From positions 310,001-374,000 of the forward strand of contig CDRNVI010000059.1 in the NCBI GenBank assembly GCA_977017575.1: a stretch of 64,000 bases of DNA. Reading direction: 5' to 3'. This DNA is from Paramoeba atlantica. Taxonomy: Eukaryota > Protista > Discosea. The position numbers were made by a program, and so were the translations under genes. A model generated the notes under the pieces. The model was not told the DNA's origin, did no database searches, and saw nothing but the letters and a program-made list of their open reading frames with translations. Of the stretch, positions 1-11,180 are shown in pieces (position 1 is the first letter of the stretch; the number at the start of each line of letters is the position of its first letter).

Positions 1-2
1 TG

Positions 3-1469
3 GTTAAGCTCTTTCTTTACGAGAATAACTTTACGGGACCCCTAGACTTAACTTATTTGCCGAATACCTTACAAGAACTGATTGCCAGCGAGAATTTATT
101 CAATCAGGATGTGTCACTCGTAGATCTACCGGTGTCTCTCACTCTATTGTCAATTTCCAACAACAATCTCAGCGGCGAGATCTCTCTTTTGAGTCTCCCG
201 AAAAGTCTTCTAACTCTTGAGATTGATGGAAATGAATTTGAAGCAAACATTGATTTAGCCTTCTTACCAAATGCCCTGACCCGATTGAATGCCAGTCGCA
301 ATAGATTCAGCGGGCCGCTTGATCTACTGAAGCTTCCAATCACTTTGAAGTACCTTTTGCTGAATCAAAATATATTGGACGGGTCTATAGATCTTGCAAA
401 TTTGCCCCAAGATTTACAGTGCCTTGAAGTTTCCGACAATAAATTTTCCGGAGAACTAAACTTTTCTCATCTTCCCGGGAAAATTGAGGCTCTCTATTTT
501 TCCGAAAATGAATTTGAAGGAACACTTCACTTATTTCAGCTACCGCCAGAATTGTGGATACTAGATGTGCACTGTAATAATTTTTCTGGGTCTATCGATA
601 TTAATCATCTTCCACCGGGTATGGAAGAGTTAAACCTTTCCATGAATCACTTTGAAGGAACTCTGCAACTTTCACAGCTTCCGCTCTCTTTACGATCTCT
701 TTCTGTGAGAAATAATGAATTTTCTGACGAGTTGGATTTGAGGCACTTACCCTCTCAACTCCGGGAGTTGACTCTCGCGTGCAACAGGCTAAAAGGAACT
801 GTTTCTCTTCATCAACTTCCAAGCAGCCTTCAAGAGTTGTACCTTTCCGGAAATGAGTTCACTGGGAGCGTTAATACGACCGCTCTACCCAATTCAATGA
901 CTGACTTGGATGGATGGAAAAACAGTTTCACGGAGGGAATGGACTTAACGCAGCTTCCTGATTCTCTCAGACTATTGTTATTTTCTAATAATATGTTTTC
1001 AGGGTCTCTTGACCTCACCATGCTCCCCCAATCTCTTCGTTTTCTTTTCCTAAGGGGGAATCAATTTTCCGGTCCAATAGATCTTTCTCAACTTCCTGCT
1101 GGAATGATAGAAATACACCTCAGTGAAAACCAATTTACTGGCTCTATTGTCTTAGTAGATCTACCTCAGTCGCTTATTGGAATACTTCTTGGTAATAATC
1201 GTTTATCGGGGAGTCTTAATCTGACAAGTTTGCCTGCTTCCCTCATACAGCTTGAGCTACACCACAATAATTTTTTCGGAAACCTTAATTTGGATTCCTT
1301 GCCACCATTCTTAGAGGGGCTTTCGTTGGAATTCAATAAGTTATCTGGAAAATTATATTTACCTCAGCTACCCCTAGGACTTCAGACTCTTTCACTTCAA
1401 AATAATTCGTTTATCAATGGCGATATAGATTTTTCCGAAGTCCCAGAAACAGTGAAGGTTGTTTACTAA
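3..1469 (+). CDS. Leucine-rich-repeat protein (5'-partial; frame is open to the window edge)
   Basis: About 20 tandem LRRs of type LPxxLxxLxLxxNxFxGxlxL. The frame continues upstream of the ORF-track start (VKLFLYENNFTGPLDLTYLP). TAA stop. Confidence 0.9.
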   Translation, partial: VKLFLYENNFTGPLDLTYLPNTLQELIASENLFNQDVSLVDLPVSLTLLSISNNNLSGEISLLSLPKSLLTLEIDGNEFEANIDLAFLPNALTRLNASRNRFSGPLDLLKLPITLKYLLLNQNILDGSIDLANLPQDLQCLEVSDNKFSGELNFSHLPGKIEALYFSENEFEGTLHLFQLPPELWILDVHCNNFSGSIDINHLPPGMEELNLSMNHFEGTLQLSQLPLSLRSLSVRNNEFSDELDLRHLPSQLRELTLACNRLKGTVSLHQLPSSLQELYLSGNEFTGSVNTTALPNSMTDLDGWKNSFTEGMDLTQLPDSLRLLLFSNNMFSGSLDLTMLPQSLRFLFLRGNQFSGPIDLSQLPAGMIEIHLSENQFTGSIVLVDLPQSLIGILLGNNRLSGSLNLTSLPASLIQLELHHNNFFGNLNLDSLPPFLEGLSLEFNKLSGKLYLPQLPLGLQTLSLQNNSFINGDIDFSEVPETVKVVY

Positions 1470-1659
1470 TACTGTGTGACCTTTTTTAAACTTCCTCCAG
1501 TTTCGGCAAAAACGAAGTATAAATGGGAGGACCTGAAATTTCCTCCTTTCTAAATACAGGCACATTCCGGCATCTTGTGTGCGTGAAAAATTAACCGAGC
1601 TCAAAATATTTCCTCTTTTAACCCGGGGTCTGACCAGGTGCGCTTAAACGGAGGGGGAA

Positions 1660-1947
1660 AATTATTATTCTTTTCTTATATTTGCGACAGGATGCCCCCT
1701 GGAGCCCTTCAGGGTCCAAAATTGTTTAGACAATATTATTATTTTCTTATATTTGCGACAGGATGCCCCCCTGGACCCTCTCAGGGTCCGAAATTGTTTA
1801 GACAATATTATTATTTTCTTATATTTGCGACAGGATGCCCCCTGGAGCCCTTCAGGGTCCAAAATTGTTTAGACAATATTATTATTTTCTCATATTTGCG
1901 ACAGGATGCCCCCCTGGACCCTCTCAGGGTCCGAAATTGTTTAGACA
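1660..1947. repeat. About 70-bp tandem repeat, 4 units alternating A/B (140-bp dimer)
   Basis: aaattgtttagacaatattattattttcttatatttgcgacaggatgcccc is followed alternately by ctggagcccttcagggtcc and ctggaccctctcagggtcc. Confidence 0.85.
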
Positions 1948-2568
1948 CGTTTTGAGCCACCGGAGTCCCTTTTATATTTTTTCTTTTATTCAACTGCTGC
2001 GGGTAATGATCTCGCATAATCTCACGTGATCTCGCATAATATCACGACCACATTAAAAGACATCTATCGTCGCTTCGCGGTACCTTTGTCGCTACAATTC
2101 TGTCTGATCTTTATCATGATCTCACATGATCTTATCAGATCTTACGCGGTTTCGCATGACCTTACGTGATCTCGCGTGATCTCATTTAGACATTACCTGC
2201 AGCCCCTCTATTATAATTATTCATTACTGTGTTTCTCTTTATAATTCCGCGTTTTTTGTTCACTTTTTATAATTAAGCAAGGGCTGATCAGAAGTGATAC
2301 AACCACCGCTATCCTTAATTACCGCTACCTTAAACCACGACGTATCTTCCCGAATTCGTAATTCTAAAAAAATTGCTTTCGGGGTCATTCATTCGTGGGA
2401 GATATAATTATTATTGATCGTTTCATACTATCACTTGCGTTTATCGAAAACGGATGGAATAATTATTTACTGAACATTTTAAGGCGTACCACCAATTAAA
2501 ACCCTACTGAGCGATATTATTCAGTGGTTTATTCAGTTTCTTTTTCATTAGCTTCTTTGTTTTTGTAT

Positions 2569-4035
2569 ATGTCAGTGAGCTTCTCAACCGTTGTACAAAA
2601 GCTTCGAGCCCAGCCGAATGCAGCAACGTCGGCACTGAATGACTACGTTGCACGACTAGCCCCCACTACGCTTACAAAACTTTCCAATGGATTTCAAGTC
2701 GCCAGCGAAAGCGCTGCTACGTTTCATCCGGACTTTGCGACCATAGGCGTTGTGCTGCAAGCCGGCAGTGCCTATGAGGGTCGCACTGAGAGCGGTGTTG
2801 CCTCAATGCTACAAAAGCTTTGTCTCGGCCGCGTGGGGAAGAAAACGCACGAGTCTCTGGCGCATGCCATTGAAGATGTAGGAGGTCACCTTAAACTTTC
2901 CTCACAACGAGATCGTACATTGTTTTATTTCAAATGCCACAAATCGCAGCTGGAAAAAGCTGTTGCTCTGTTGGCCGAGATGGTTCGCTCTCCTTTGATC
3001 TCAGAAGAGGAGGTTGAGAAAGTTCGTACGCGCCAACTTCAGGAATTGAAGGAATTTGAGGAGGATCCGGATGGGATTATGATGGATAACCTGCACACAG
3101 CCTGTCTCGACAGCACTGAGAGGGGTTACGGAGCGAAACCTAAGGGCACACTCGAGACAGTTCCGAAAATTACCTCATCAATGCTTGAGCAGTATCACAG
3201 AGAGAACTGGACAGCTGGCCGTGCGATGCTCCTGGGGGTAGGCGGAGTGAATCACGCTCAACTCGAATCTTGGGCCTCCAAATATTTTAGTGATCTCCCC
3301 GAGAGTGGGCCCGCGCCACCGATTAACAGCCGCTACGTTGGAGGCGACATTAAGTTCTGGAACACGCGCATGAAGCTGACGCACTATGCCTGGGCTTTTG
3401 AGACTTGTGGTGCAGACTGTGGCGATGTCGTGCCATTGGAACTTGTGAATCATATTCACGGTCGTTTCCACCGCTCCCAACACGACCTCGTGCAGCACAG
3501 CAACCAGTTGAACTACAAGTGCTTCAGTGCGATGAATTTTTTGGTTCCCACATTACAGTACTTCAACGAAAAAGGTATCGAGATAGTAAATCCTTTCTTC
3601 CATTGCTACGAAGATGTGGGGCTCAGTGGTCTTCATTTGGTGGCGCGAACGGCTCAGACCCTCCCAGAGGTGACGTCAAATATCAGCGACTATGTCCAGC
3701 TTACGATGGGGGAGTACTGTCGCTTGACACAGAAAGCAATCCATGCGCGGGAACTGGAGCAAGCCAAGGTGAACTACAAGGTGCAGCTACTAATGAACCG
3801 GGATGGTCTCAGCAATCGTTTTGAGGACTTATCCAGGGAGCTGTTCTACGTGAAGCGCTCCGTCCCTGTGCAAGAAATGTTTGCTCGAATCGACGACTTG
3901 ACGCCAACTAACTTAATGGAGGTTTTGCAGCATTACTTCTACAGTCGACGACCTGTCCTATCATATACGGGATACGTCGCTGATACACCAGGGTACGATC
4001 AAGTGACGCATTGGACATATAAATATTTATATTAA
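2569..4035 (+). CDS. Peptidase M16 family, mitochondrial processing peptidase beta / complex III Core-1-like subunit, probably non-catalytic
   Basis: TTLTKLSNGFQVASE, ATIGVVLQAGSAYE and DVGLSG motifs, C-terminal HWTYKYLY. The HxxEH zinc motif is replaced by SMLQK. First ATG is at 2569. Confidence 0.8.
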   Translation: MSVSFSTVVQKLRAQPNAATSALNDYVARLAPTTLTKLSNGFQVASESAATFHPDFATIGVVLQAGSAYEGRTESGVASMLQKLCLGRVGKKTHESLAHAIEDVGGHLKLSSQRDRTLFYFKCHKSQLEKAVALLAEMVRSPLISEEEVEKVRTRQLQELKEFEEDPDGIMMDNLHTACLDSTERGYGAKPKGTLETVPKITSSMLEQYHRENWTAGRAMLLGVGGVNHAQLESWASKYFSDLPESGPAPPINSRYVGGDIKFWNTRMKLTHYAWAFETCGADCGDVVPLELVNHIHGRFHRSQHDLVQHSNQLNYKCFSAMNFLVPTLQYFNEKGIEIVNPFFHCYEDVGLSGLHLVARTAQTLPEVTSNISDYVQLTMGEYCRLTQKAIHARELEQAKVNYKVQLLMNRDGLSNRFEDLSRELFYVKRSVPVQEMFARIDDLTPTNLMEVLQHYFYSRRPVLSYTGYVADTPGYDQVTHWTYKYLY

Positions 4036-4536
4036 ACTATTGCGAAAACAAAGTGACATTTAGGTCCATAAAAAGATGTTAAAATGTCTTCATTTATTTG
4101 CGCATGTATGATCTTAAGTATAATCTGCACCCAGTGACTTGCTTAAGTAAATCACTAACCGGATTGAACATAACAAAATAAAGAAATTGTGTACTAGCCT
4201 ACGGCATTCTTGATCGAACGTTCCACATAGTTTGTATAGTTCTTTCTATTTGAACCTTTTTCCATATTCTTTTATAAACTCCTCTCTCCTATACAAATTC
4301 ATATTAAATGCATAAGTTGCACAATGATCAGAGCCTTTTCCTTTTTTATACAGCGATGAAATGCAGTAGAACATATATCTGTGGTTACTTGCAGATTGAG
4401 ATATGCGTACCACAATCATCAACAATGACCTAGAAATAACGGTGTTTAGTGTTTTTTTCGCTTTTTTAATTTGGTCGCACTTAATAGCAGCTCTTACTAT
4501 ATGCTTTGTTGCTGTCTGCCTCTCTTTCTGCCTCTC

Positions 4537-5133
4537 ATGTCTTCAGATTCTGCACATCGCGTGCAACCGGCCAAAATTCGTGGTGTTACCTTACCGGAGG
4601 AATACGAACTCGCTCGATTGATTCAAAATATAGAAAACCCTCTCACCTCTTGGAACACACACACTCCTGCTTGTAGTTGGGAAAAAGTAGAGTGCAACTC
4701 GGAACAACAAGTTCTCAAGATCAATTGGTCGCTCACGAAATTACATGGGTCTCTTCATGCAGAGCATATTCCGAGACATTTGTATCGCTTTGACGTGTGG
4801 CACAATAAACTTCACGGAGCTTTCACTTTTGTAGCGCTCCCGTCCTCCCTCGTGCTCTTAGATCTTAGCAAGAATGCCTTTTCAGTAGCCCCTGACCTAA
4901 GTCACCTACCACCCATGTTAAAGGAATTAATTTTGCGAGACAACCGTCTTGAGGGCTACGTAAATCTCTCATCTTTTCCAGTGTCTTTAACTCATTTGTG
5001 GCTATACTCTAACCCTGAACTTGGGGGGGATTTAAATGTCGCAGTGCTTCCTCGAACGCTCGGGTACGATGTTAGAGATACGCAGATACGGGTAACAAAC
5101 GGACCTGACCATAGACGAGTTACAGATAACTGA
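4537..5133 (+). CDS. Short LRR protein with Cys/Trp N-cap
   Basis: ATG at 4537 follows a pyrimidine tract. QPAKIRG motif, CSWEKVEC cap, about 4 LRRs. Confidence 0.8.
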   Translation: MSSDSAHRVQPAKIRGVTLPEEYELARLIQNIENPLTSWNTHTPACSWEKVECNSEQQVLKINWSLTKLHGSLHAEHIPRHLYRFDVWHNKLHGAFTFVALPSSLVLLDLSKNAFSVAPDLSHLPPMLKELILRDNRLEGYVNLSSFPVSLTHLWLYSNPELGGDLNVAVLPRTLGYDVRDTQIRVTNGPDHRRVTDN

Positions 5134-5635
5134 ATGATAGCTAATCAATAATAGGACAAAATAAATGAACGCGTGAGTTGAATCTGTTTTATTATATCGA
5201 CCTATGAGGGGCTATCCCCGGTGTGACCCCCCTCGGCTATCCCCCTCATGGGTTCCTGCTTGGAAAACTCTGGTGTGGGCGGAAAACTCTGATTTTCCGC
5301 CATTTTTAGGATCATTCAAAAGTCCAAAATTCTGCAAAACCTGCGTCCCTTTTTTTTGTTATTCAGGTCTTTTTACGACCTTATACGTCGGTACAGTCCA
5401 CTGTTCTCTGACAATCGTACTTTCTCGATTTTTTTAGAAAAGTGAAAATATAGTTTTTTAATGAAATAAAGTAATTGAAGTACTTCATACTAACTTTATT
5501 CGCCAAAAAGAAAACCGTTTTTTTTACTTCATTGTAACTTATCGTTTCCGCGAACCCTGTTTTTTCATGCATCGCATGACTCGCATTATTACGCATCATA
5601 TTCCATTAGAACTCCTTTACGAATCTCACCCTCCC

Positions 5636-6490
5636 ATGTCCGACGGCAACACCGTGTTCATCGGTAACATCACCTCCCAGAGCGAGTCCGAGATCGAGTC
5701 CGCGCTGGCCCCGTTCGGGGAGATCACCAGCGTACGCCTGCGTGGGGCGTTTGCGTTCGTGGACTTCACCTCCCATGACAGCGCGGCGAAGGCCATCGAC
5801 AGCGTGACCACAATCGCGGATGGGGGCGTGCGGCTGGATTGGCCACGGCCGCGACGGGCTCCGGCAGCAGGAGGACCAGGGGGCGCTGCCGGGGGGAGTG
5901 GGTGCTTTAGCTGTGGAGAGGAGGGTCACCGTGCACGGGATTGCCCGAATGCCAGTCAGGGCAACAAGTGCTTCAACTGTGGCGGGTTTGGACATATCTC
6001 CCGGGAGTGTACAAAGGAGAAGGTGCCCCCGGGGGCGTGTTTTGTGTGTAAGGAGAGTGGGCACCGTGCGGCGGAGTGTCCGAACCGAGGAGGGGGAGAT
6101 GATCGACGAGGGGGGAGTCCCGGAGGACGACGCGGTCGTAGCCGGTCGTACTCTCGTGGACGCTCGATTTCACGCTCTCCTCCTCGACGGGGATACGGGA
6201 AGCGCGGGCGAGACTACGATAGCGTCAGTCGTAGTCGCAGCCGGGGTCATGGTCGCCGGGACAACCGCCGACGCTCGTACGATCGTGAGGACTCTTGCGA
6301 CCGTCGCCGGGGCCGAGGACGACGGGAGGAACGAGGCAGGTACGAAAGTCGAAGCCGAAGTCGGAGCTACGGACGGCGCCGCAACGAGCGCAGTGAAAGC
6401 CCCCGTCGGGGACGAGGAGGAGGTCGCGAGCAGCGCAGTCCCCCACGACGACGCTATCGTGACGAAAGTGAAAGCCCACGTCGACGATAG
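5636..6490 (+). CDS. SR-like RNA-binding protein: RRM + three CCHC zinc knuckles + RS domain
   Basis: VFIGNI (RNP2) and RGAFAFVDF (RNP1), three CxxCxxxGHxxxxC knuckles, Arg/Ser-rich tail. Likely ATG at 5636. Confidence 0.9.
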   Translation: MSDGNTVFIGNITSQSESEIESALAPFGEITSVRLRGAFAFVDFTSHDSAAKAIDSVTTIADGGVRLDWPRPRRAPAAGGPGGAAGGSGCFSCGEEGHRARDCPNASQGNKCFNCGGFGHISRECTKEKVPPGACFVCKESGHRAAECPNRGGGDDRRGGSPGGRRGRSRSYSRGRSISRSPPRRGYGKRGRDYDSVSRSRSRGHGRRDNRRRSYDREDSCDRRRGRGRREERGRYESRSRSRSYGRRRNERSESPRRGRGGGREQRSPPRRRYRDESESPRRR

Positions 6491-7068
6491 GTGGGTCAAC
6501 TATAGAAAGAGGTCAAAGTTGTACAAGGTTTAAAGAGAATTTAAAATTCTTAAAAAGAATTTAATATACATTGAGGAGAAAAAAAAAAACAATTTTTTTA
6601 TACATTTTTTTATTCATTTTGAGGATAAAGTTAAAAAAAATGAAACGAGAGATGAGCATACGCAGCACACACCAATTAACGAACTATCAGGCATAGTTTA
6701 CAATTTCGCGCTATATTGGTTATTCGTTGAATAATTAGCTTTTCCCTCAACTTATTACATATCGGTTCGAAATATTTTACATGGGCTCCCCAAGTTCCAG
6801 GGTAGGAACAAAGTAAGTAGGGGACTTGCTTGGAATATCATAAGCTTAATTATTGATTCGTCTTGTGGTACATCATGGTAATAGGCGTTACATGTACGAT
6901 GAAATCAATCTCAAATTCTCTGTATCCGCTTTTATTTCGTATAATCCTAACACGGATTAAATACGTTTCGTTGCGAAGATGCACGTACATGATGCACATC
7001 GCCTACAGGGCCTCTTTATTCTTTTACTACTTTTTGCTTAAAATCTAGTCTCTTTACAGTTTCCTTAC

Positions 7069-7740
7069 ATGAAGTCGTTAATTGAAATAACCTCTTCGGA
7101 GGACACATTTTCCGCTACTGGAAGATCCGCTCGCCCTGCCAAAGTGCGTGGCGCTGTGTTATCCCCGGAATTTGCTCTCATGCATTTCTTCGAAAATCCT
7201 CCTCATGGTTGGAGCGAGCAAAAAGTAATACGACACTGGCCTGGAATAGTCTGTAACAAGGCAGGTAAGGTAACGAAAATTACTGTTTTTGGTCAAGACC
7301 CGCATGGAGTGATGCGGTGGAATTACCTTCCCGAAAGCGTACGATCCTTAGAAGCGAGTTCGAACGGCTTGCAAGGCACTCTTGAACTCTCGCGCCTACC
7401 GTGGGATTTACGAAAACTTGACTTGAGCCATAACGTTCTAGTTGGCACGTTGGATCTATCGATGTTTCCGCAGTCCATGCATTACATTAACTTGGGGCAT
7501 AACCAACTCCGTGGATCCCTCAACCTTGAATGCCTCTCCCCCGAGATGCGCTTCCTTGAGCTGCAACACAATGGATTTCACGGAGAGGTAAACTTAAACT
7601 GTCTTCCGAGAAGCATGCATCATCTTGGGTTGTCCCATAATATTGAGCTTACTGGAGAGGTGAAAATGTGGAAACTCCCAAAAGGTCTTTGGTACAATTG
7701 GGTAAAAACTGGCATCCGCGCCTATCCCGTGAATGTTTAA
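7069..7740 (+). CDS. Short LRR protein
   Basis: RPAKVRG motif, WPGIVC cap, about 5 LRRs. Confidence 0.85.
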   Translation: MKSLIEITSSEDTFSATGRSARPAKVRGAVLSPEFALMHFFENPPHGWSEQKVIRHWPGIVCNKAGKVTKITVFGQDPHGVMRWNYLPESVRSLEASSNGLQGTLELSRLPWDLRKLDLSHNVLVGTLDLSMFPQSMHYINLGHNQLRGSLNLECLSPEMRFLELQHNGFHGEVNLNCLPRSMHHLGLSHNIELTGEVKMWKLPKGLWYNWVKTGIRAYPVNV

Positions 7741-8179
7741 TGAGTAACGAATCAGTTCGCATAATCTTGCGCTACATTATGTAGCATAGGATTTACTAGG
7801 ATTATGTAACATCTTACTTAAATTGCATTTATTCTCAAGTTTTTCGCCAAGTCGCCTATATCGTAGTGTCCTATATCGTACAGCTCGCGGCAATACGAAT
7901 CAATTTATTGTTCGTTCGTTTGATTCTTTGTTTGCGTTAGCTCATCTTATTTTCAGTGCTCCGTAAATCTACAAAGGTTCCATTACAGTACTAAATTTTA
8001 TAAGTTTTGAAATACGGCCCCTTAAAACTATATTGTTTAAACTTTTGTCTTCCTGTGTAGTTTATTCCATAAATCTTGTTTAAAAAATCAATCACACGCT
8101 TCTCTCTCACAAAACAAATATCATCTTTCTTTTTTTCCTTTTTTCCTTTTCCTTTCCTCCCCTTCCTTTTGTTTCCCTC

Positions 8180-9001
8180 ATGAGTGAGTCCGACGCCTCC
8201 GTGCTCCCCCACGACCCCTCCTCTCTGCTGTTCCTTGCGAAGCTCGCGGAGCAGACAGAGCGGTTCGAGGACATGGTGCGCTACGTGAAGGGGCTGGCCG
8301 CACTCAAGCCCGAGCTCTCCCCGGAGGAGCGCAATCTGCTCAGCGTGGCGTACAAGAATGTAATCGGGGCGCGACGTGCGGCATGGCGTGTGGTCGCGGC
8401 GGCGCTTACCCAACATGAGAGTGTTCTCCCCGAGGGGGAGAGTGGGGAGACCGAGGACGCCACGCGAACCGCACTGCGCGAGTATAAGTCCAGTATTGAG
8501 TGTGAGGTCGGGGAGGTTTGTACCGATATTGTTACGTTACTGGAGGGTACGCTTCTCCCGGCGGTGGCGGAGGACGCCGAGACCCGAGTGTTCTATCTCA
8601 AAATGGAGGGCGACTACTATCGTTACCATGCCGAGACGCTTGGCGAGGAGAAGGCAGATGCCCCGAAGCGTCACGCGTTGGAGGCGTACCGCACAGCCAC
8701 GGAGCTTGCGGAACCTGTGTTGAGTCCAACTCACCCGATCCGTCTCGGTCTTGCTCTTAACTTTTCTGTCTTCTACTATGAAATTTTACATGACTTTGAT
8801 AAAGGATGTGCTATGGCACAGAAAGCTTTTGATGACGCGTGCCCGGATCTTGAGTCTCTTGACGAGGAAAATTACAAAGAAAGTGCGTTGATTTTGCACC
8901 TACTCCGAGACAATTTGGCGCTGTGGAGAAACGAAGGCGAGGATGCCGAAAATAGCTCGGAAGGAAGTGATGCAAGCTCGCAAGCGGAAAACAGTCAATA
9001 A
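8180..9001 (+). CDS. 14-3-3: 14-3-3 protein
   Basis: EERNLLSVAYKNVIGARRAAWR, FYLKMEGDYYRY, HPIRLGLALNFSVFYYEI and LLRDNL signatures. Confidence 0.97.
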   Translation: MSESDASVLPHDPSSLLFLAKLAEQTERFEDMVRYVKGLAALKPELSPEERNLLSVAYKNVIGARRAAWRVVAAALTQHESVLPEGESGETEDATRTALREYKSSIECEVGEVCTDIVTLLEGTLLPAVAEDAETRVFYLKMEGDYYRYHAETLGEEKADAPKRHALEAYRTATELAEPVLSPTHPIRLGLALNFSVFYYEILHDFDKGCAMAQKAFDDACPDLESLDEENYKESALILHLLRDNLALWRNEGEDAENSSEGSDASSQAENSQ

Positions 9002-9428
9002 GTCACTTCCGCTTTCTTTATTTTCCTAGAAAACGAGATTTACATAGAATCTTTATCTGAACACAAACTTTGTTCGCTAAAACGAAAATGAGAAAGTTTG
9101 TCATGGCATTTCGTATTTTGTTTCGTAAATTCTTTTTTCACTTTGGAACTGTGTAGACCTATGCCCTCAGAATAGTGTGCAAATCATACGCGTGGTCGCA
9201 TTATGTAAACTGAAAATTTTAAATTCTAAAATTCATTTCTATCCTCGTAAGTTGCCAACATTGGCAGGCTTTCTATTTTCTTAATTAACCGGAACACTCC
9301 TACAAAGAACTACCTGTACTAAACTCTAGACTAAAGTACAGAACTAACTTTCTCATAGTTATAATTTAGTAGTGTATGTCGCTTCATGTAGGCAAGGAAG
9401 CTAGTCATTTTACTTCTTTTTTATTTCT

Positions 9429-10238
9429 ATGAATTTGCTTTCTCGAACGTCAGACATTTCCGCTCTTCGCCCTTCCAAAGTGCGAGGCGCATTCATGCCA
9501 GCAGAAGTATGTCTTGATCGTTTTCTTCGAAATGTGACAAACCGGCCGAAATCTTGGACAACAGATTACGACGCGTGCATGTGGGAATGTGTAGATTGTA
9601 ACAGCAGGCGGGAGGTGTTTCGCTTGCGCTGGCAATTTCAACGGCTTGCGGGAACTCTTTCCTGGGCTGACCTTCCCCCCACACTTTCAAAATTAAATTT
9701 GGGTAGCTTTGAGCATCACACCAACAACCTTTCTGGCACAGTTTCATTCAACTCTTTTCCGCGCGGCATACGCTCACTGCTTCTGGGATATAATGAATTC
9801 AGCGGCAATCTGAACACTGAGCACTTTCCAACGACGCTAGAAAAACTCGATGTGGAGGAGAATTCTTTTGACGGCTCAATAGCCCTTGAAACTTTGCCTC
9901 TCTCCATGCAAGCAATGGATGTAGGGGGGAATTTTTTGTCCGGTAGTTTGAATTTAACGATGCTTCCCATGTTAGCCTCATTGGGGCTTGCGATAAATCG
10001 ATTTACAGGGTGCATCGACCTGACGCAACTTCCAAAAACTCTTCTGGAACTTCATTTGCATGAAAATCGTCTATGTGGAACAATTGATCTTACTTCTTTG
10101 CCACCGAAGTTAGAGTACTTGCATTTAGACACCAATGAGTTTACAGGTATTGTAGATGCTCGTTCAGTACCTTCGTCGTTGGTGTATCTCAGCCTTGAAG
10201 AAAATAATTTTTCATCTATTCAAGGTAATGTATTATAG
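9429..10238 (+). CDS. LRR protein
   Basis: RPSKVRG motif, CMWECVDC cap, about 7 LRRs. Confidence 0.88.
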   Translation: MNLLSRTSDISALRPSKVRGAFMPAEVCLDRFLRNVTNRPKSWTTDYDACMWECVDCNSRREVFRLRWQFQRLAGTLSWADLPPTLSKLNLGSFEHHTNNLSGTVSFNSFPRGIRSLLLGYNEFSGNLNTEHFPTTLEKLDVEENSFDGSIALETLPLSMQAMDVGGNFLSGSLNLTMLPMLASLGLAINRFTGCIDLTQLPKTLLELHLHENRLCGTIDLTSLPPKLEYLHLDTNEFTGIVDARSVPSSLVYLSLEENNFSSIQGNVL

Positions 10239-11060
10239 GCATCTCATCCAATATTCTTATAACAGGGGTGCAAATCTGATACAGGAGACGTCAGAAAAAT
10301 GGCACTTTTACTTAATTTCGGAAATTCATGGCGTGCATTTGAATTCGCACAGCTTTGTATATTCGCACACCTTTGTATGTTTCGGGAGAAGAGGTTTCCG
10401 TGAAATTCACTTACCGTGACCCACCCCCTAACTAGATACATCGGAACATACGTTGTTCTGGGAACTGTTCTTCGTTCTGCAAGAATGAGAACGACGCTCT
10501 GTGTGTCCACTCTGCATGAAATCATGTAAAATGTAATGTAAAATGTAATAATGTAATGTCATGTAATAATGCAAAAAATATCCAAAAAATTGCCAAGGAG
10601 TCTTACGTTCTTTTTCTTCTTTTCTCATCACTAATTGAATTTTCTACTTTACTCATGGCTCAAGGCTTTTAGCACACTCAACACGTTGGTATACAAGCTT
10701 GTGGTCCAATAGCCTTTGAATAATGTCCCTTTCGCTTGTCGCTGCCAAAACTGTGTATGACCAATTGTCGGTACAAGAAAAATCTGTGCACTGCCGACAA
10801 TTTATGTCCAAAGTAGCCAAAAGTTTTGGCTTCTTTCCACCTTTTTGAAAAAGGTGGAAAAGTATCAGATTAACTGATGTATTTGCTTCAAAATGACTCT
10901 TTAGAATAATTATGACTCTTTTTCGAAAATTTTTAAACTTTGGCGCAAAACCGGTTCCCTTTCATTAATGATTTAATAAATTTAATTTTGAAATTTATAA
11001 GCGTGTTTCGTAGGTAGGAATGAAACATTACTCAGTGAATACAACATCTATGCTTGACGG

Positions 11061-11180
11061 TAATGTGAGGGTTGGTAGTCCTAATCTGGGCTTACCCAGA
11101 GAGGGTCCACCAACCCGTCATTATCACGGCGCAGTAGACGCGCCATGGCAGGCCTGGCACCATGAAGGCCAGAAAAAAAA
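11061..11180 (+). mobile_element. 120-nt structured, oligo(A)-tailed element (SINE-like or retroposed RNA), copy 1
   Basis: Matches the reverse complement of 18033-18152 with 2 differences. Ends in A8. Nested stems are visible. Confidence 0.55.
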
